A stretch of DNA of 64,000 nucleotides. Source: a bacterium. Lineage in GTDB: Bacteria; Zhuqueibacterota; Zhuqueibacteria; Oceanimicrobiales; Oceanimicrobiaceae. Below are positions 12,816 through 21,756 of the stretch, piece by piece. The position numbers and the translations under genes are program-made. The stretch lies in assembly GCA_037446635.1 (NCBI GenBank), contig JBBIIG010000001.1, forward strand, positions 85,638-149,637, in the 5' to 3' direction. Every line of letters starts with the position of its first letter. Position 1 is the stretch's first letter. The notes under the pieces are model-generated. The model saw only the letters and a list, made by a program, of their open reading frames with translations. It was not told the DNA's origin and made no database searches.

Positions 12816-12910
12816 TGTCATTTCGAGGCGAAGCCGAGAAATCTGAGATAGCACGATCCGAGTGTTACCAGATTTCTCAGCCGACAAAAAGCGTCGGCTT
12901 CGAAATGACA
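12816..12910. repeat. Intergenic nested palindromic (REP/MITE-like) element
   Basis: Outer IR TGTCATTTCGA/TCGAAATGACA; inner IR GAGAAATCTG/CAGATTTCTC; side hairpin AGCCGAC/GTCGGCT. Confidence 0.75.
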
Positions 12911-12922
12911 ACTACTACGGAC

Positions 12923-14317
12923 TTAGAGAGAGATTGAAATTTCGCTGCTCACTTCTTTGAAAAAATATTTGTACGATGAGTACGTGGGTTCCACTTTGAG
13001 CTTGACGGTGTATTTTCCTTCATCAAATTTCTTAGCCACGCTGTTTTCTAATTCCGAAAGGAAGCCGCTCTCAAAATTCGCATCTAAATAGATTTTTTGA
13101 TTGCCGGAAAAATATTGTTTTTTTGCGAAAACTTCAAGCGGACGCTCAGCGCCGGGTTGGATCAGGGAGAGGGTAAGATAGGCCGGCTCGGTCAAGAAGA
13201 AATCAATTTGCAGCACGCCGAGTTTTGGCCGCCATGAAGTTTCAAAATTAAAGATATCCACGCCCACCCAGAAATACTGCGCGGATTCTTTTTCAGCCAC
13301 AAACACCTGTCCGAACCGTTTGTAAATGGCGATGCCGCGCGGCTCCATGAATTCTTTGTCCCCACTGCCTTTGCGCCCGAAGGTAGTCAAGTAGTTCAAG
13401 TCGCGATCAAATTTATGAAGGCAGTGATTGGCGGTGTCGGTCACCCAGATGTTGCTGTAGTAGTCGGTCGCCAGGTACGCCAGACGGCCGCTGCTGAAAC
13501 CAAAGTCTTTGAGACGAATCGCCTGCTGAAATTTGCCGTCGAGGGTGAATTTTTGAATGCGAGTGTGGTCGAGATCGATCACCGCTAAAAATTCATCTTT
13601 GTAGTACGACCAACGCTCGTCGCCATCGGTAACAGTAATTCCGCTGGGGCGCCAAAGCTCGCCGTCGTTTACTCCCTGTTTGCCGAACCAACGATCGAGC
13701 ACATCGTCCGCCCGCAAAACTTGAATGCGATGATTGCCGGTGTCGCTCACGTACACGTGCCCGCGGCTATCCAGCGCCACGCCCTCCGGCGCATTGAAAA
13801 AACCCGGCGCTGCACCCAATCCGCCGATACCTTTAACGAACGTGAGACTGCGAGCCAGATTCTTGAAACGCACAATACGATGATTGCCCGTATCTGCAAC
13901 GTAAACGTCGCCAATTTCGTTGGCTGCCACGCCGCGCGGATTTTTCAATGCGCGGCCGCCTTTTTCATTCAAACCATAAAATCCCAGCGCAGTCATCGAC
14001 GTGTTATAAACGATCATATTCTCACCCGAGTTGACGCCGTAGCCAGTAACTTCATCGTCGTCTTTCGCGTCGTTGGGATTGTCCCAGCTTTTGAGGCGCA
14101 CCACCGCAATGCCCTGTGGATCATGCACTTTAACTTTGTTCTTCGTGTAAATGGCAAGATGAGTTTTGGTCGCTTTGCGGATGCCCATGGTATGCAAAAA
14201 AGCCGGATAGACCAACGTGGTAGGATCATAAGTCGTGTCGCCAGCGCCCAATAACATCGGCAGCAACACGAGTAAAAGCCAACGCAATCCGCGCTGTTTA
14301 TTCTCGTGGAAAATCAA
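12923..14317 (-). CDS. Exported NHL-repeat beta-propeller protein
   Basis: Signal-like N-terminus; repeated P.G(V/I)A...VYV(A/S)DTGNHRI units; beta-rich C-terminal domain. Confidence 0.85.
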   Translation of the reverse strand: MIFHENKQRGLRWLLLVLLPMLLGAGDTTYDPTTLVYPAFLHTMGIRKATKTHLAIYTKNKVKVHDPQGIAVVRLKSWDNPNDAKDDDEVTGYGVNSGENMIVYNTSMTALGFYGLNEKGGRALKNPRGVAANEIGDVYVADTGNHRIVRFKNLARSLTFVKGIGGLGAAPGFFNAPEGVALDSRGHVYVSDTGNHRIQVLRADDVLDRWFGKQGVNDGELWRPSGITVTDGDERWSYYKDEFLAVIDLDHTRIQKFTLDGKFQQAIRLKDFGFSSGRLAYLATDYYSNIWVTDTANHCLHKFDRDLNYLTTFGRKGSGDKEFMEPRGIAIYKRFGQVFVAEKESAQYFWVGVDIFNFETSWRPKLGVLQIDFFLTEPAYLTLSLIQPGAERPLEVFAKKQYFSGNQKIYLDANFESGFLSELENSVAKKFDEGKYTVKLKVEPTYSSYKYFFKEVSSEISISL

Positions 14318-16167
14318 TTTGTACGGCCGTCTACAAAGTGAAAGTATTCCCAGATTCTTCTGGCCAATTCTTGGGTGATGCCTGTCACCATTTCAATTTC
14401 ATCGATGGTGGCTTCGCGAAGGCTGTTGACGGAGCCAAAATGTTTGATGAGCGCACGCCGCCGCGCCGGCCCCACACCGGGAATGGCGTCCACCGCGGAT
14501 TGAATGGTGCGCTTGCGCCGCAGCAAACGATGATAAGTAACTGCGAAGCGATGCGCTTCGTCGCGAATCTGCTGCAACAGTTTGAGCCCGGAAGAAGTTT
14601 TGGGAATGTTCTGCGCATCCGGCGACTCCGGCACAAACACCTCGTCCAAGCGCTTGGCCAACGCAACAATTGGGATGTCTGTCCGCTGCAATTGCGTTAA
14701 AACGCCGAGGGCGGTGGAAAGCTGGCCTTTGCCGCCATCCACTAAAATCAGGTCAGGCAGCTCCAATTTTTCCGACAACGATCCGCTGTAGCGCCGGCGC
14801 ACGGCCTCCGCCATCATCGTGAAGTCGTCGGGCGTTTCTTTGACTTTAATTTTGAAGCGGCGATAGTCGCTCTTTTTCGGCTTGCCGTTCACAAACGTCA
14901 CCATCGAGGCCACGGGATTCGTGCCCTGAATGTTGGAGATGTCGAAGCACTCGATGCGGCGCGGTGGATTTTTCAATCGCAAATCGCGCTGCAGCGCTTT
15001 GACATTGTGCGGAATGTAATCTTTCTGTTTGAGCTTTTGCAGCTTCAATTCTTCCAGTAGCAGATGCGCGTTCTTCATTCCCATCTCCATCAACTTCGCC
15101 TTTTGCCCTATTTTGGGATGGATTAGCTTAACGCTGCGCTCTGCTTTCTCCGATAGCCACTTTTCCACTGGCTCCGTTTCCGGAATTTCCACCGGCAAAT
15201 AAATTTCTTCGGGGATGAAATCCGATTTCAAATAAAACTGTTTCAGAAATGATGCGACGACATTTTCGTACGCCTCCTCCTCCACCCCATTCAAATAAAA
15301 ATGTTGGCGGCCCAAAATTTTGCCGTCGCGCACTTTGAAAACCACGCCGCAGGCATCCTCCCCTTCCAGCGCCACGGTGACAATATCGCGATCAGTGGCA
15401 TCATCGGTCACCACCTTTTGTTTGTATTGAAACTCTTCGATGGATTGAATTTGATCGCGAACGCGCGCCGCATCTTCGTAGCGCTTCGCTTGCGCCAGCC
15501 GCCACATCTTTTCTTTAAGCTCCACCACCACCTGATTGTTTTTGCCGTTGATGAATTTGACGATCTGCTCGACGGTTTCTTGGTATTCTTTTTCGCCAAT
15601 CAAGCCTTCGCAGGGGCCGTCGCATTTTTTGATATAATAGTCAAGACAGAGTTTGTATTTCTTTTTCGCGACCGCTTCCTCCGTCAAATCGTAATTGCAA
15701 CTGCGGATGGGAAAAAGCCGCTTCACTGACTTTAGCAAATTTCGCATCGAGCCGACGTCGGTGTACGGGCCGAAATAGCGCGAGCCGTCGCGGACAATTT
15801 TGCGGGTGGGGAAAATGCGCGGAAAGCGCTCGTTGGTGACGCGAATGTAGGGATAACTTTTGTCGTCCTTGAGATTGACGTTGTAGCGCGGCTTGTACTC
15901 TTTGATGAGATTCATCTCTAAAATCAGAGCTTCCATCTCGCTGTCGGTGACGATAGTTTCCAAATCGGCAATTTTCGATTTTAGCCGCTCTAACTTTGCC
16001 CCCTCGAGGCGCCCGTTTTGGAAATACGACCGCACGCGGTTCTGCAGCACTTTGGCTTTGCCGATGTAGATGATCTTCCCTTTGGCGTCTTTGAAGAGAT
16101 AGCAGCCGGGTTTTTTGGGAACATTATCTAATTTTTCTTGGAGAGTTTGCGGTTGATTTTCAGTCAT
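14314..16167 (-). CDS. uvrC: Excinuclease ABC subunit C
   Basis: GIY-YIG (GCY...IYIGKA), UVR domain, IECFDIS, DGGKGQL and HhH (IPGVG). Confidence 0.97.
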   Translation of the reverse strand: MTENQPQTLQEKLDNVPKKPGCYLFKDAKGKIIYIGKAKVLQNRVRSYFQNGRLEGAKLERLKSKIADLETIVTDSEMEALILEMNLIKEYKPRYNVNLKDDKSYPYIRVTNERFPRIFPTRKIVRDGSRYFGPYTDVGSMRNLLKSVKRLFPIRSCNYDLTEEAVAKKKYKLCLDYYIKKCDGPCEGLIGEKEYQETVEQIVKFINGKNNQVVVELKEKMWRLAQAKRYEDAARVRDQIQSIEEFQYKQKVVTDDATDRDIVTVALEGEDACGVVFKVRDGKILGRQHFYLNGVEEEAYENVVASFLKQFYLKSDFIPEEIYLPVEIPETEPVEKWLSEKAERSVKLIHPKIGQKAKLMEMGMKNAHLLLEELKLQKLKQKDYIPHNVKALQRDLRLKNPPRRIECFDISNIQGTNPVASMVTFVNGKPKKSDYRRFKIKVKETPDDFTMMAEAVRRRYSGSLSEKLELPDLILVDGGKGQLSTALGVLTQLQRTDIPIVALAKRLDEVFVPESPDAQNIPKTSSGLKLLQQIRDEAHRFAVTYHRLLRRKRTIQSAVDAIPGVGPARRRALIKHFGSVNSLREATIDEIEMVTGITQELARRIWEYFHFVDGRTN

Positions 16168-16192
16168 ACCTTCTAAAGCTCATGACAAAGAG

Positions 16193-16431
16193 CTACGCTG
16201 ATTTTGAATTGGCCTCTATCGGATCATAGTGCAACACCGTAATCTGCTCTGGGCGCAAACCCACCGATTCATAGGTTCGCCCTTCCCGATCCGAGAATTC
16301 CACTTGGAATGCCTCACCATTTGCGAGAATCTCAACCACGATGCCGACTTGTCCGCGCCAGAGATTATATTCTGGTAAGTCAACTGTGCAACTACTACAT
16401 CACGTAAATTGATTTTTTCTTTATAATTCAC
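16193..16431 (-). pseudogene. Frameshifted second DUF4926-like gene
   Basis: First frame gives MNYKEKINLRDVVVA. After a shift at ~16385 the read continues VDLPEYNLWRGQVGIVVEILANGEAFQVEFSDREGRTYESVGLRPEQITVLHYDP...stop 16193, clearly homologous to the adjacent ORF. Confidence 0.85.
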
Positions 16432-16458
16432 TCAACTTCAAACAGGAAAGCGCCCACC

Positions 16459-16680
16459 CTAACTCTTAACTGCTTCAAGATTTTCCGCGATCTGATGCAA
16501 AACAAGCAAATTATCTTGATGAATCGGTACTTGTTCGTAAACCTGTCCTTCGTTATCGGAAAACTCAACCAAAAAATGGGTATCGGAAAGCTTGGCAACC
16601 ACCGTTCCCGTAGTTCCCCGTGTAATTGGGGTATTTGCGATATCAACTAAAACTGCGACATAGTCATGAACTTGAATCAT
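16459..16680 (-). CDS. DUF4926-like small protein
   Basis: D.VA..VD...RG..GTVV...FLVEFSD..G..Y pattern; ATGA-coupled to the upstream gene. Confidence 0.8.
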   Translation of the reverse strand: MIQVHDYVAVLVDIANTPITRGTTGTVVAKLSDTHFLVEFSDNEGQVYEQVPIHQDNLLVLHQIAENLEAVKS

Positions 16681-17027
16681 CTTTCCCTCTTTTTGCTTTT
16701 GATAAAGCAGGACGTTAAATATGGGATATCATCACCTTTGTGAACAATCCATAAAGTACACAAAATTTCTTTTTGATTAATCCCTTTAACCTCATTTTCA
16801 ACTCTAAATATTTTTCCAAAAACAATCTCTGGTTCTTTCGTTACTTTTCCATTTTTCGCCGATTGCAAAACTAATTTTTTAAGCCCTCCACTATTCTCTC
16901 GAGTAATTCCGAGTGCTTTCTCAAATATTTTTGCTTTATGTCTTCCATCAGGATGAAATGGATTTAAACAGTAATCTTCCATTTTCCCCTCAGGAATAAT
17001 CGCTTTCGATCCGTTAGGTAATTTCAT
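16677..17027 (-). CDS. DUF6883-like protein (putative toxin/nuclease-type)
   Basis: MKLPNG..AII...K..DYCLNP.HPDG.HKA.IF..ALG pattern; AT-rich coding. Confidence 0.75.
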   Translation of the reverse strand: MKLPNGSKAIIPEGKMEDYCLNPFHPDGRHKAKIFEKALGITRENSGGLKKLVLQSAKNGKVTKEPEIVFGKIFRVENEVKGINQKEILCTLWIVHKGDDIPYLTSCFIKSKKRER

Positions 17028-17437
17028 TTACCCATCTTCGGATATTCCACCAGCTCCATCAAAATCCCACCCGTGCTTTTGGGGTGAATAAACGCCACCT
17101 TCGAGCCGCCGGCGCCCTGCTCCGAGGCCTGTTCAATAAACTGAAATCCCTGTGTGATCAACGCGGCTTTGGCTTTAGCTAGATCGTCCACCTCAAAACA
17201 AATGTGATGAAAGCCCTCGCCGCGCTTTTCGATGAATTTGGAAATGGGTGAGTTGGCGTCGGTGCCTTTCAAAAGCTCCAGTCGCACCTCGCCCACTGGA
17301 AAAAACGCCGTGGCCACTTTGTGTTCGGGAACGATTTCTTTGTGAGCGGCCGGCTGGCCGGTGAGGTCGGCGTATTTTTTGATCGCCGCTTCAAGGTCAG
17401 CGACGGCTATGCCGATGTGATCGATTTTTTTCAACAT
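17024..17437 (-). CDS. mce: Methylmalonyl-CoA epimerase (VOC family)
   Basis: IDHIGIAV, LELL, GEGFHHICFEV and FIHPKSTGGILMELVE motifs. Confidence 0.92.
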   Translation of the reverse strand: MLKKIDHIGIAVADLEAAIKKYADLTGQPAAHKEIVPEHKVATAFFPVGEVRLELLKGTDANSPISKFIEKRGEGFHHICFEVDDLAKAKAALITQGFQFIEQASEQGAGGSKVAFIHPKSTGGILMELVEYPKMGK

Positions 17438-17473
17438 GGCGAAAAGTAACAAAGGCGAGGCTGAAAATCAAGC

Positions 17474-18331
17474 TCATTTCAGCAGCAGCGAGAGGTCGAG
17501 CGCCTTCGCGGAATGCGTCAACGCGCCCACCGAAATGTAGTCGACGCCAGTTTCCGCGATCGCGCCGACCGTCTCCAGCGTGACGCCGCCGGAAACCTCC
17601 AACTCCACTTGCCCGCCGGCCAATTTCACCGCTGCGCTAATTTGCGGCAAGGGCATGTTATCCAACATGATTCGATCAACTTTCAATTTCAATGCTTCCT
17701 GCACTTCCGCGAGAGTTTTTGTCTCGACTTCGATGGCCAGCGGCAGCTTTCTTGTCTTTAATTTCGCGCGAATGATCTCCACCGCTTTCGTGATGCCGCC
17801 CGCCGCCGCGATGTGGTTTTCTTTGATCAAAATCATATCAAATAATCCCAGCCGGTGATTGTCTCCACCCCCCATTCGCACCGCGTATTTTTCCAGGGCG
17901 CGCAAGCCGGGGGTGGTCTTGCGGGTGTCCAAAATTTTGGCGCGCGTGCCGGCAGTCCGTTCCACAAAGTGCGCGGTCAGAGTGGCGATGCCCGAGAGCC
18001 GCTGTAAAAAATTCAGGGCGGTGCGTTCGGCGGTGAGAATGCTGCGGGCCGAGCCGGAAATCGTTAGAACAACGTCGGAGAGGCTGACTTTATCGCCGTC
18101 TTCCCGGAGTTCCTCGAAGCGTAAACCCTCGTCCACCATTTGGAAAACGCGCTTCGCGATCGGAATTCCAGCAACAACGCCTGTACTTTTGGCGATGATG
18201 CTCCCCTGAGCCGGCGTTGATTTTGGGATCAGCAGTTCAGACGTCACGTCTCCCGGTTCAGACAAATCTTCTTCCAGCGCGGTTTCGATCAAGCGCTCGA
18301 TTTTATGATCGATAACGAAGGGATAGGTCAT
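17474..18331 (-). CDS. nadC: Quinolinate phosphoribosyltransferase
   Basis: ERTALN, DTRKTTPG, HRLGL, IKENH, LDNM and SGG motifs. Confidence 0.97.
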   Translation of the reverse strand: MTYPFVIDHKIERLIETALEEDLSEPGDVTSELLIPKSTPAQGSIIAKSTGVVAGIPIAKRVFQMVDEGLRFEELREDGDKVSLSDVVLTISGSARSILTAERTALNFLQRLSGIATLTAHFVERTAGTRAKILDTRKTTPGLRALEKYAVRMGGGDNHRLGLFDMILIKENHIAAAGGITKAVEIIRAKLKTRKLPLAIEVETKTLAEVQEALKLKVDRIMLDNMPLPQISAAVKLAGGQVELEVSGGVTLETVGAIAETGVDYISVGALTHSAKALDLSLLLK

Positions 18332-18385
18332 GCGATCGCCCTCAAAAATACAAAATCAAGTTAGCGAAAAAAAATGGGAATAGAA

Positions 18386-18419
18386 ATGAAAAAGCCGCGA
18401 AGGTAAGCGGCTCTTTCAT
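18386..18419 (-). terminator. Intrinsic terminator after the VIT-VWA gene
   Basis: Minus strand GAAAGAGCCGC-ttaccttc-GCGGCTTTTTCATTT. Confidence 0.7.
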
Positions 18420-18458
18420 GGCTAAAAGGAGGAGGGGTAGTGATGAGGAAACACTAAC

Positions 18459-20666
18459 TTATTTATTTGCGAAAAAAGTTTTTATTCCCGCCGTTGAAAT
18501 TTCTTCCAAGCCTTTTTCATCAATCTGAACGAATTTATTGTTGAATTTGAAAATCACTTTTGTTCCGAGGGCCAGGTAGGGCGCGGTTTTCGGGTACGTT
18601 TTAAGCAAAGTAAAATAAGCTTCGCTGCCGTATTTGATGTGAAGCGCCGGCGCGTTTTCGTTAAACTCAACGTCCAGCCAATAACCGCGGGCATCCTGCA
18701 CGAAGGTGCGATCGCCGGCGCGTTTCATCCCGGAGAGCAATCTGCCATCGATGGTTTCCGCCTCTTTAAGACGGCGGGAAGTTTTACTATAGGACACGGC
18801 GCTTTTGCCGACGTCGGCGCTCAAAGCAGCAGGTTGATAGTCCACGCTCACTTTATCTCTCAAATCGGAAAGCACGGGCGCATCTTTGTGAATGAACATC
18901 GCCGTGTAAGGCGTCACGATTCCATAGCGCTTGCTTAGTTCGACAACTTCCGTGATGAGGTCTTTGCGCTCGCGTTCATTGGGGTTCAATTTTATTTGTT
19001 CCAACAGAAAGCCGATTTTGCGCGTCGCCCAGAGCTGCGGCAGTTGCGGATTGTCCGGGTTCCGCTCGGGGAAACTGACGTCGTAAGTAAAACTTTTTTT
19101 CGAGTCATTGAATTGCCCTGCGAGTTTAATTTGCGCCGCGCCGTAATTTTTGTATCGTCCAACAATGGTCAACTGCGAGCCGCGAAATAAATCCGGCAGC
19201 GCTTTGGGGTAAACGTTTGAAACTTCCACCGCTCCGTAATCCAATTCCAGGGCCGAAAGCACGGGTTCGCTGATTTTGTTGTAAAACGATGAGATGGCGG
19301 TTTCGATGTCGTCATCCGGCTCGATGTAGTCCGCAACCGCCCGGCTGTCCTGCGCGATGCCATCGAGCAACTGGGTGTTGACGTCGTAACCAACGCCGAA
19401 CGTAAAAATGCGGTAGCGTTCTTTGTTGAGACGCTTGACGTTGCTGCGAATTTCATCGACGTCCTTTACGCCAACCGTGGGCAGGCCGTCGGTGATGAAA
19501 ACAATTTTGGGAGAATGGCTGCGGCCGCCCTTCATATCCAACGCCGTCAGCAGCGCTTCGTTGATATTCGTGCCGCCTTTTGCTTCAAGACGGTTGATGA
19601 ATTCAAGCGCTTCCTGGCGCGCCTGCGCCGCGTTCACCAGTTCACTCTTAAAAAGCTTGGCCTCGGTGCCGAAGGCGATGATGTTAAAATGATCGTTGCT
19701 GCTGAGACTATTAATAGCAAATTTCAACGCCTCTTTAGCCTGCAATAGCTTGTCGCCGGCCATGCTTCCGGAAATATCCAATACCAAAATCAGGTCTTTG
19801 TTGAGGATTTTATAATTTGGAATTTTCACGTTGGGGGAAATCAGCATCATGAAAAACCCATCGTCATCGTTATCGTCATCGTTATCGCGATGAGTGAGAA
19901 GATTCAAACCGAAGTCGCCGTCGTTCAAGCCGTAGTAAAGAATAAAATCACCGGCGGCGTCCCCCAGGCCCTGGTAGTGAATTCTGGCGTGCGTATCGCT
20001 TTGGCGAACGACGTCGATCTTGTGAGTCGGCGAATAGATATTTTTTAAGCCGCTGCGGGCGCTGATTTTGACGGTGATCTCTTCGTTGGTTTCCCGCGGC
20101 GGCGGCGCACCCTTTTGCGGCCGGGGATTTCGGAAAACAACCGGGTTGGCGCGCGAAAATTGAAAATTGCCTCGCAACGGGTGCACGATTTTTACCAGGC
20201 CGTCGTTATTTTCAAGGACTTGATTATAAACTAAATTTATTTTCCGCTGCTCTCCCGGCTGAATTGGAAACACTTTGAGCCGGAAGAATTTGTGATCGAT
20301 CATTTCCAGCAGCGCCGGATCGATGTTTTTTCTGACAATCTCATCGTAAAGCCGGACGGCGTCTTCCCGCTCCAGCAGCTCTCCCTCTAAAACTTTGCCG
20401 TCCACCAGCATCGAGAAGTTGGATACGACTGCTGCTTTTGGAATGGGAAAACAATATATACCTTCGATGGGAGTCGGGGTGGAATTAAAAAACTCCTGTT
20501 CTACTTGAACCTTCGAAAGCTGATCTTTGATATCGATGACGACTTTCTGGGAAATCAGATCGGGCAGCGGTATCCGGTCATCGATCGGAATCATGAAACC
20601 CTGCGGCCTTGCGACATGATTCAACACTAGCACGGCGACGACAGTAAAAATGATCTGCTTTTTCAT
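18459..20666 (-). CDS. Exported VIT + von Willebrand factor A domain protein
   Basis: Signal peptide MKKQIIFTVVAVLVL; VIT (EQEFFN...EGIYCFPIP); MIDAS DISGS..GGTNI..ITDG; LWATRKIG..L..YGIVTPYT. Confidence 0.88.
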   Translation of the reverse strand: MKKQIIFTVVAVLVLNHVARPQGFMIPIDDRIPLPDLISQKVVIDIKDQLSKVQVEQEFFNSTPTPIEGIYCFPIPKAAVVSNFSMLVDGKVLEGELLEREDAVRLYDEIVRKNIDPALLEMIDHKFFRLKVFPIQPGEQRKINLVYNQVLENNDGLVKIVHPLRGNFQFSRANPVVFRNPRPQKGAPPPRETNEEITVKISARSGLKNIYSPTHKIDVVRQSDTHARIHYQGLGDAAGDFILYYGLNDGDFGLNLLTHRDNDDDNDDDGFFMMLISPNVKIPNYKILNKDLILVLDISGSMAGDKLLQAKEALKFAINSLSSNDHFNIIAFGTEAKLFKSELVNAAQARQEALEFINRLEAKGGTNINEALLTALDMKGGRSHSPKIVFITDGLPTVGVKDVDEIRSNVKRLNKERYRIFTFGVGYDVNTQLLDGIAQDSRAVADYIEPDDDIETAISSFYNKISEPVLSALELDYGAVEVSNVYPKALPDLFRGSQLTIVGRYKNYGAAQIKLAGQFNDSKKSFTYDVSFPERNPDNPQLPQLWATRKIGFLLEQIKLNPNERERKDLITEVVELSKRYGIVTPYTAMFIHKDAPVLSDLRDKVSVDYQPAALSADVGKSAVSYSKTSRRLKEAETIDGRLLSGMKRAGDRTFVQDARGYWLDVEFNENAPALHIKYGSEAYFTLLKTYPKTAPYLALGTKVIFKFNNKFVQIDEKGLEEISTAGIKTFFANK

Positions 20667-20675
20667 TCCTACCAA

Positions 20676-21752
20676 TTATTTTTGAATCAACGATTCGAAG
20701 GCGCTCACTTTGAGAAGGTAGCGCTCCTCGCCCATCTGCACTTTCAGCAACTCTTCGTGTTCGCGATAAAAACGCAGCGCTTCTTTTGCTTTTTCCGAAT
20801 TCTTCGATTCCTCGACCATCTTCGCCAGCGTCAGAGCCAAATTATAAATTCCGAGGGCGCGATACGTCGCATCCTTTTCGCGGCTGATATATGAAAGCCA
20901 GATGTTCCTTTTTTCTTCCAGTGACATGCTCTGTTGCACGATCCACAGCGTTTGTGAAAAACTGCTTTGCGAGTCCTCAGCTTGTGAACCAGTGTTTAAG
21001 GGAGCGGCCGTGCTGCGTGAGTTGCCGTCAAAAGTGAGCGCGAAAACGCGCCGGTTGGCGGCCGCCTCCTCACGTTCTTCCTCTGCTTGCACGAAGGAAT
21101 CGGTGTTCAACGAAGTGGTGGGATAAAGAACTTTCTTTCCCTGCATCGGTTTTACTGGCTCAGCCCGTACCGGCAAATTGCGGATGTTGTCGGCAATCGC
21201 ATCAGATGGCGCAGGATGTTGCACGGGCTGAGTCGGCAAGGATGGCGCCGCTTCGACCTTTTCCATTGGCAGAATCGTCGGCTTGGCATCATCAGATTTT
21301 AATTTCGCAATTTCTGCGCTGGTTCGAGTCGATAACTGGCTTGGTGGCGCGTCGGCTGTGGCAATTTCTTTGGCGGGGACTTCTGATTGAGGTTGCGAAT
21401 CAAAGCTGCGCCAGAAAAACATCACCGCCAAAACCGCCAGCGCGCCGGCTAAACCCCAGCGCACGCTCACTGGGGCGAATGTTTTTTGAATGGCGTTGAG
21501 CAATTTATCGAAAATCGCGTGCTGCTTTTGCGCAGCAAGTTTTTTGAAAATGACACGCGGCAGGGTTTCCCAATATTGCGGCGGCGGCTCGGTTAAGATG
21601 AAATCGGTTTTGAAAACTTGATCTACCTTTTTGAGCGATTCGAGCATCAGCGCACATGCCGGACACGTTGCGAGATGTTCGGCTACTTCAGCATCCGCAA
21701 TCGCATCACCCAAATGCATGCTGATTTTTTCTTTTGCATCGTGACAAGTCAT
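20676..21752 (-). CDS. Zinc-binding transmembrane anti-sigma factor
   Basis: MTC...HLATCPAC (HxxxCxxC), one TM helix, extracytoplasmic domain; directly downstream of the ECF sigma. Confidence 0.8.
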   Translation of the reverse strand: MTCHDAKEKISMHLGDAIADAEVAEHLATCPACALMLESLKKVDQVFKTDFILTEPPPQYWETLPRVIFKKLAAQKQHAIFDKLLNAIQKTFAPVSVRWGLAGALAVLAVMFFWRSFDSQPQSEVPAKEIATADAPPSQLSTRTSAEIAKLKSDDAKPTILPMEKVEAAPSLPTQPVQHPAPSDAIADNIRNLPVRAEPVKPMQGKKVLYPTTSLNTDSFVQAEEEREEAAANRRVFALTFDGNSRSTAAPLNTGSQAEDSQSSFSQTLWIVQQSMSLEEKRNIWLSYISREKDATYRALGIYNLALTLAKMVEESKNSEKAKEALRFYREHEELLKVQMGEERYLLKVSAFESLIQK

Positions 21753-21756
21753 TCCT

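Noticed and set aside
16216..16646. Track ORFs 16216-16431 and 16428-16646 as intact genes
   Set aside because: The first is the out-of-frame read of the frameshifted DUF4926 copy; the second is an alternative frame over the real DUF4926 gene.
18426..18457. Strong plus-strand SD followed by ATG AGG AAA CAC TAA
   Set aside because: Only four codons and no plus-strand promoter was seen; better read as the minus-strand 3' UTR.
19860..19887. 12-bp tandem duplication in the VIT-VWA gene
   Set aside because: It is in frame and encodes an acidic linker (DNDDDNDDD); two copies give no basis for phase variation.
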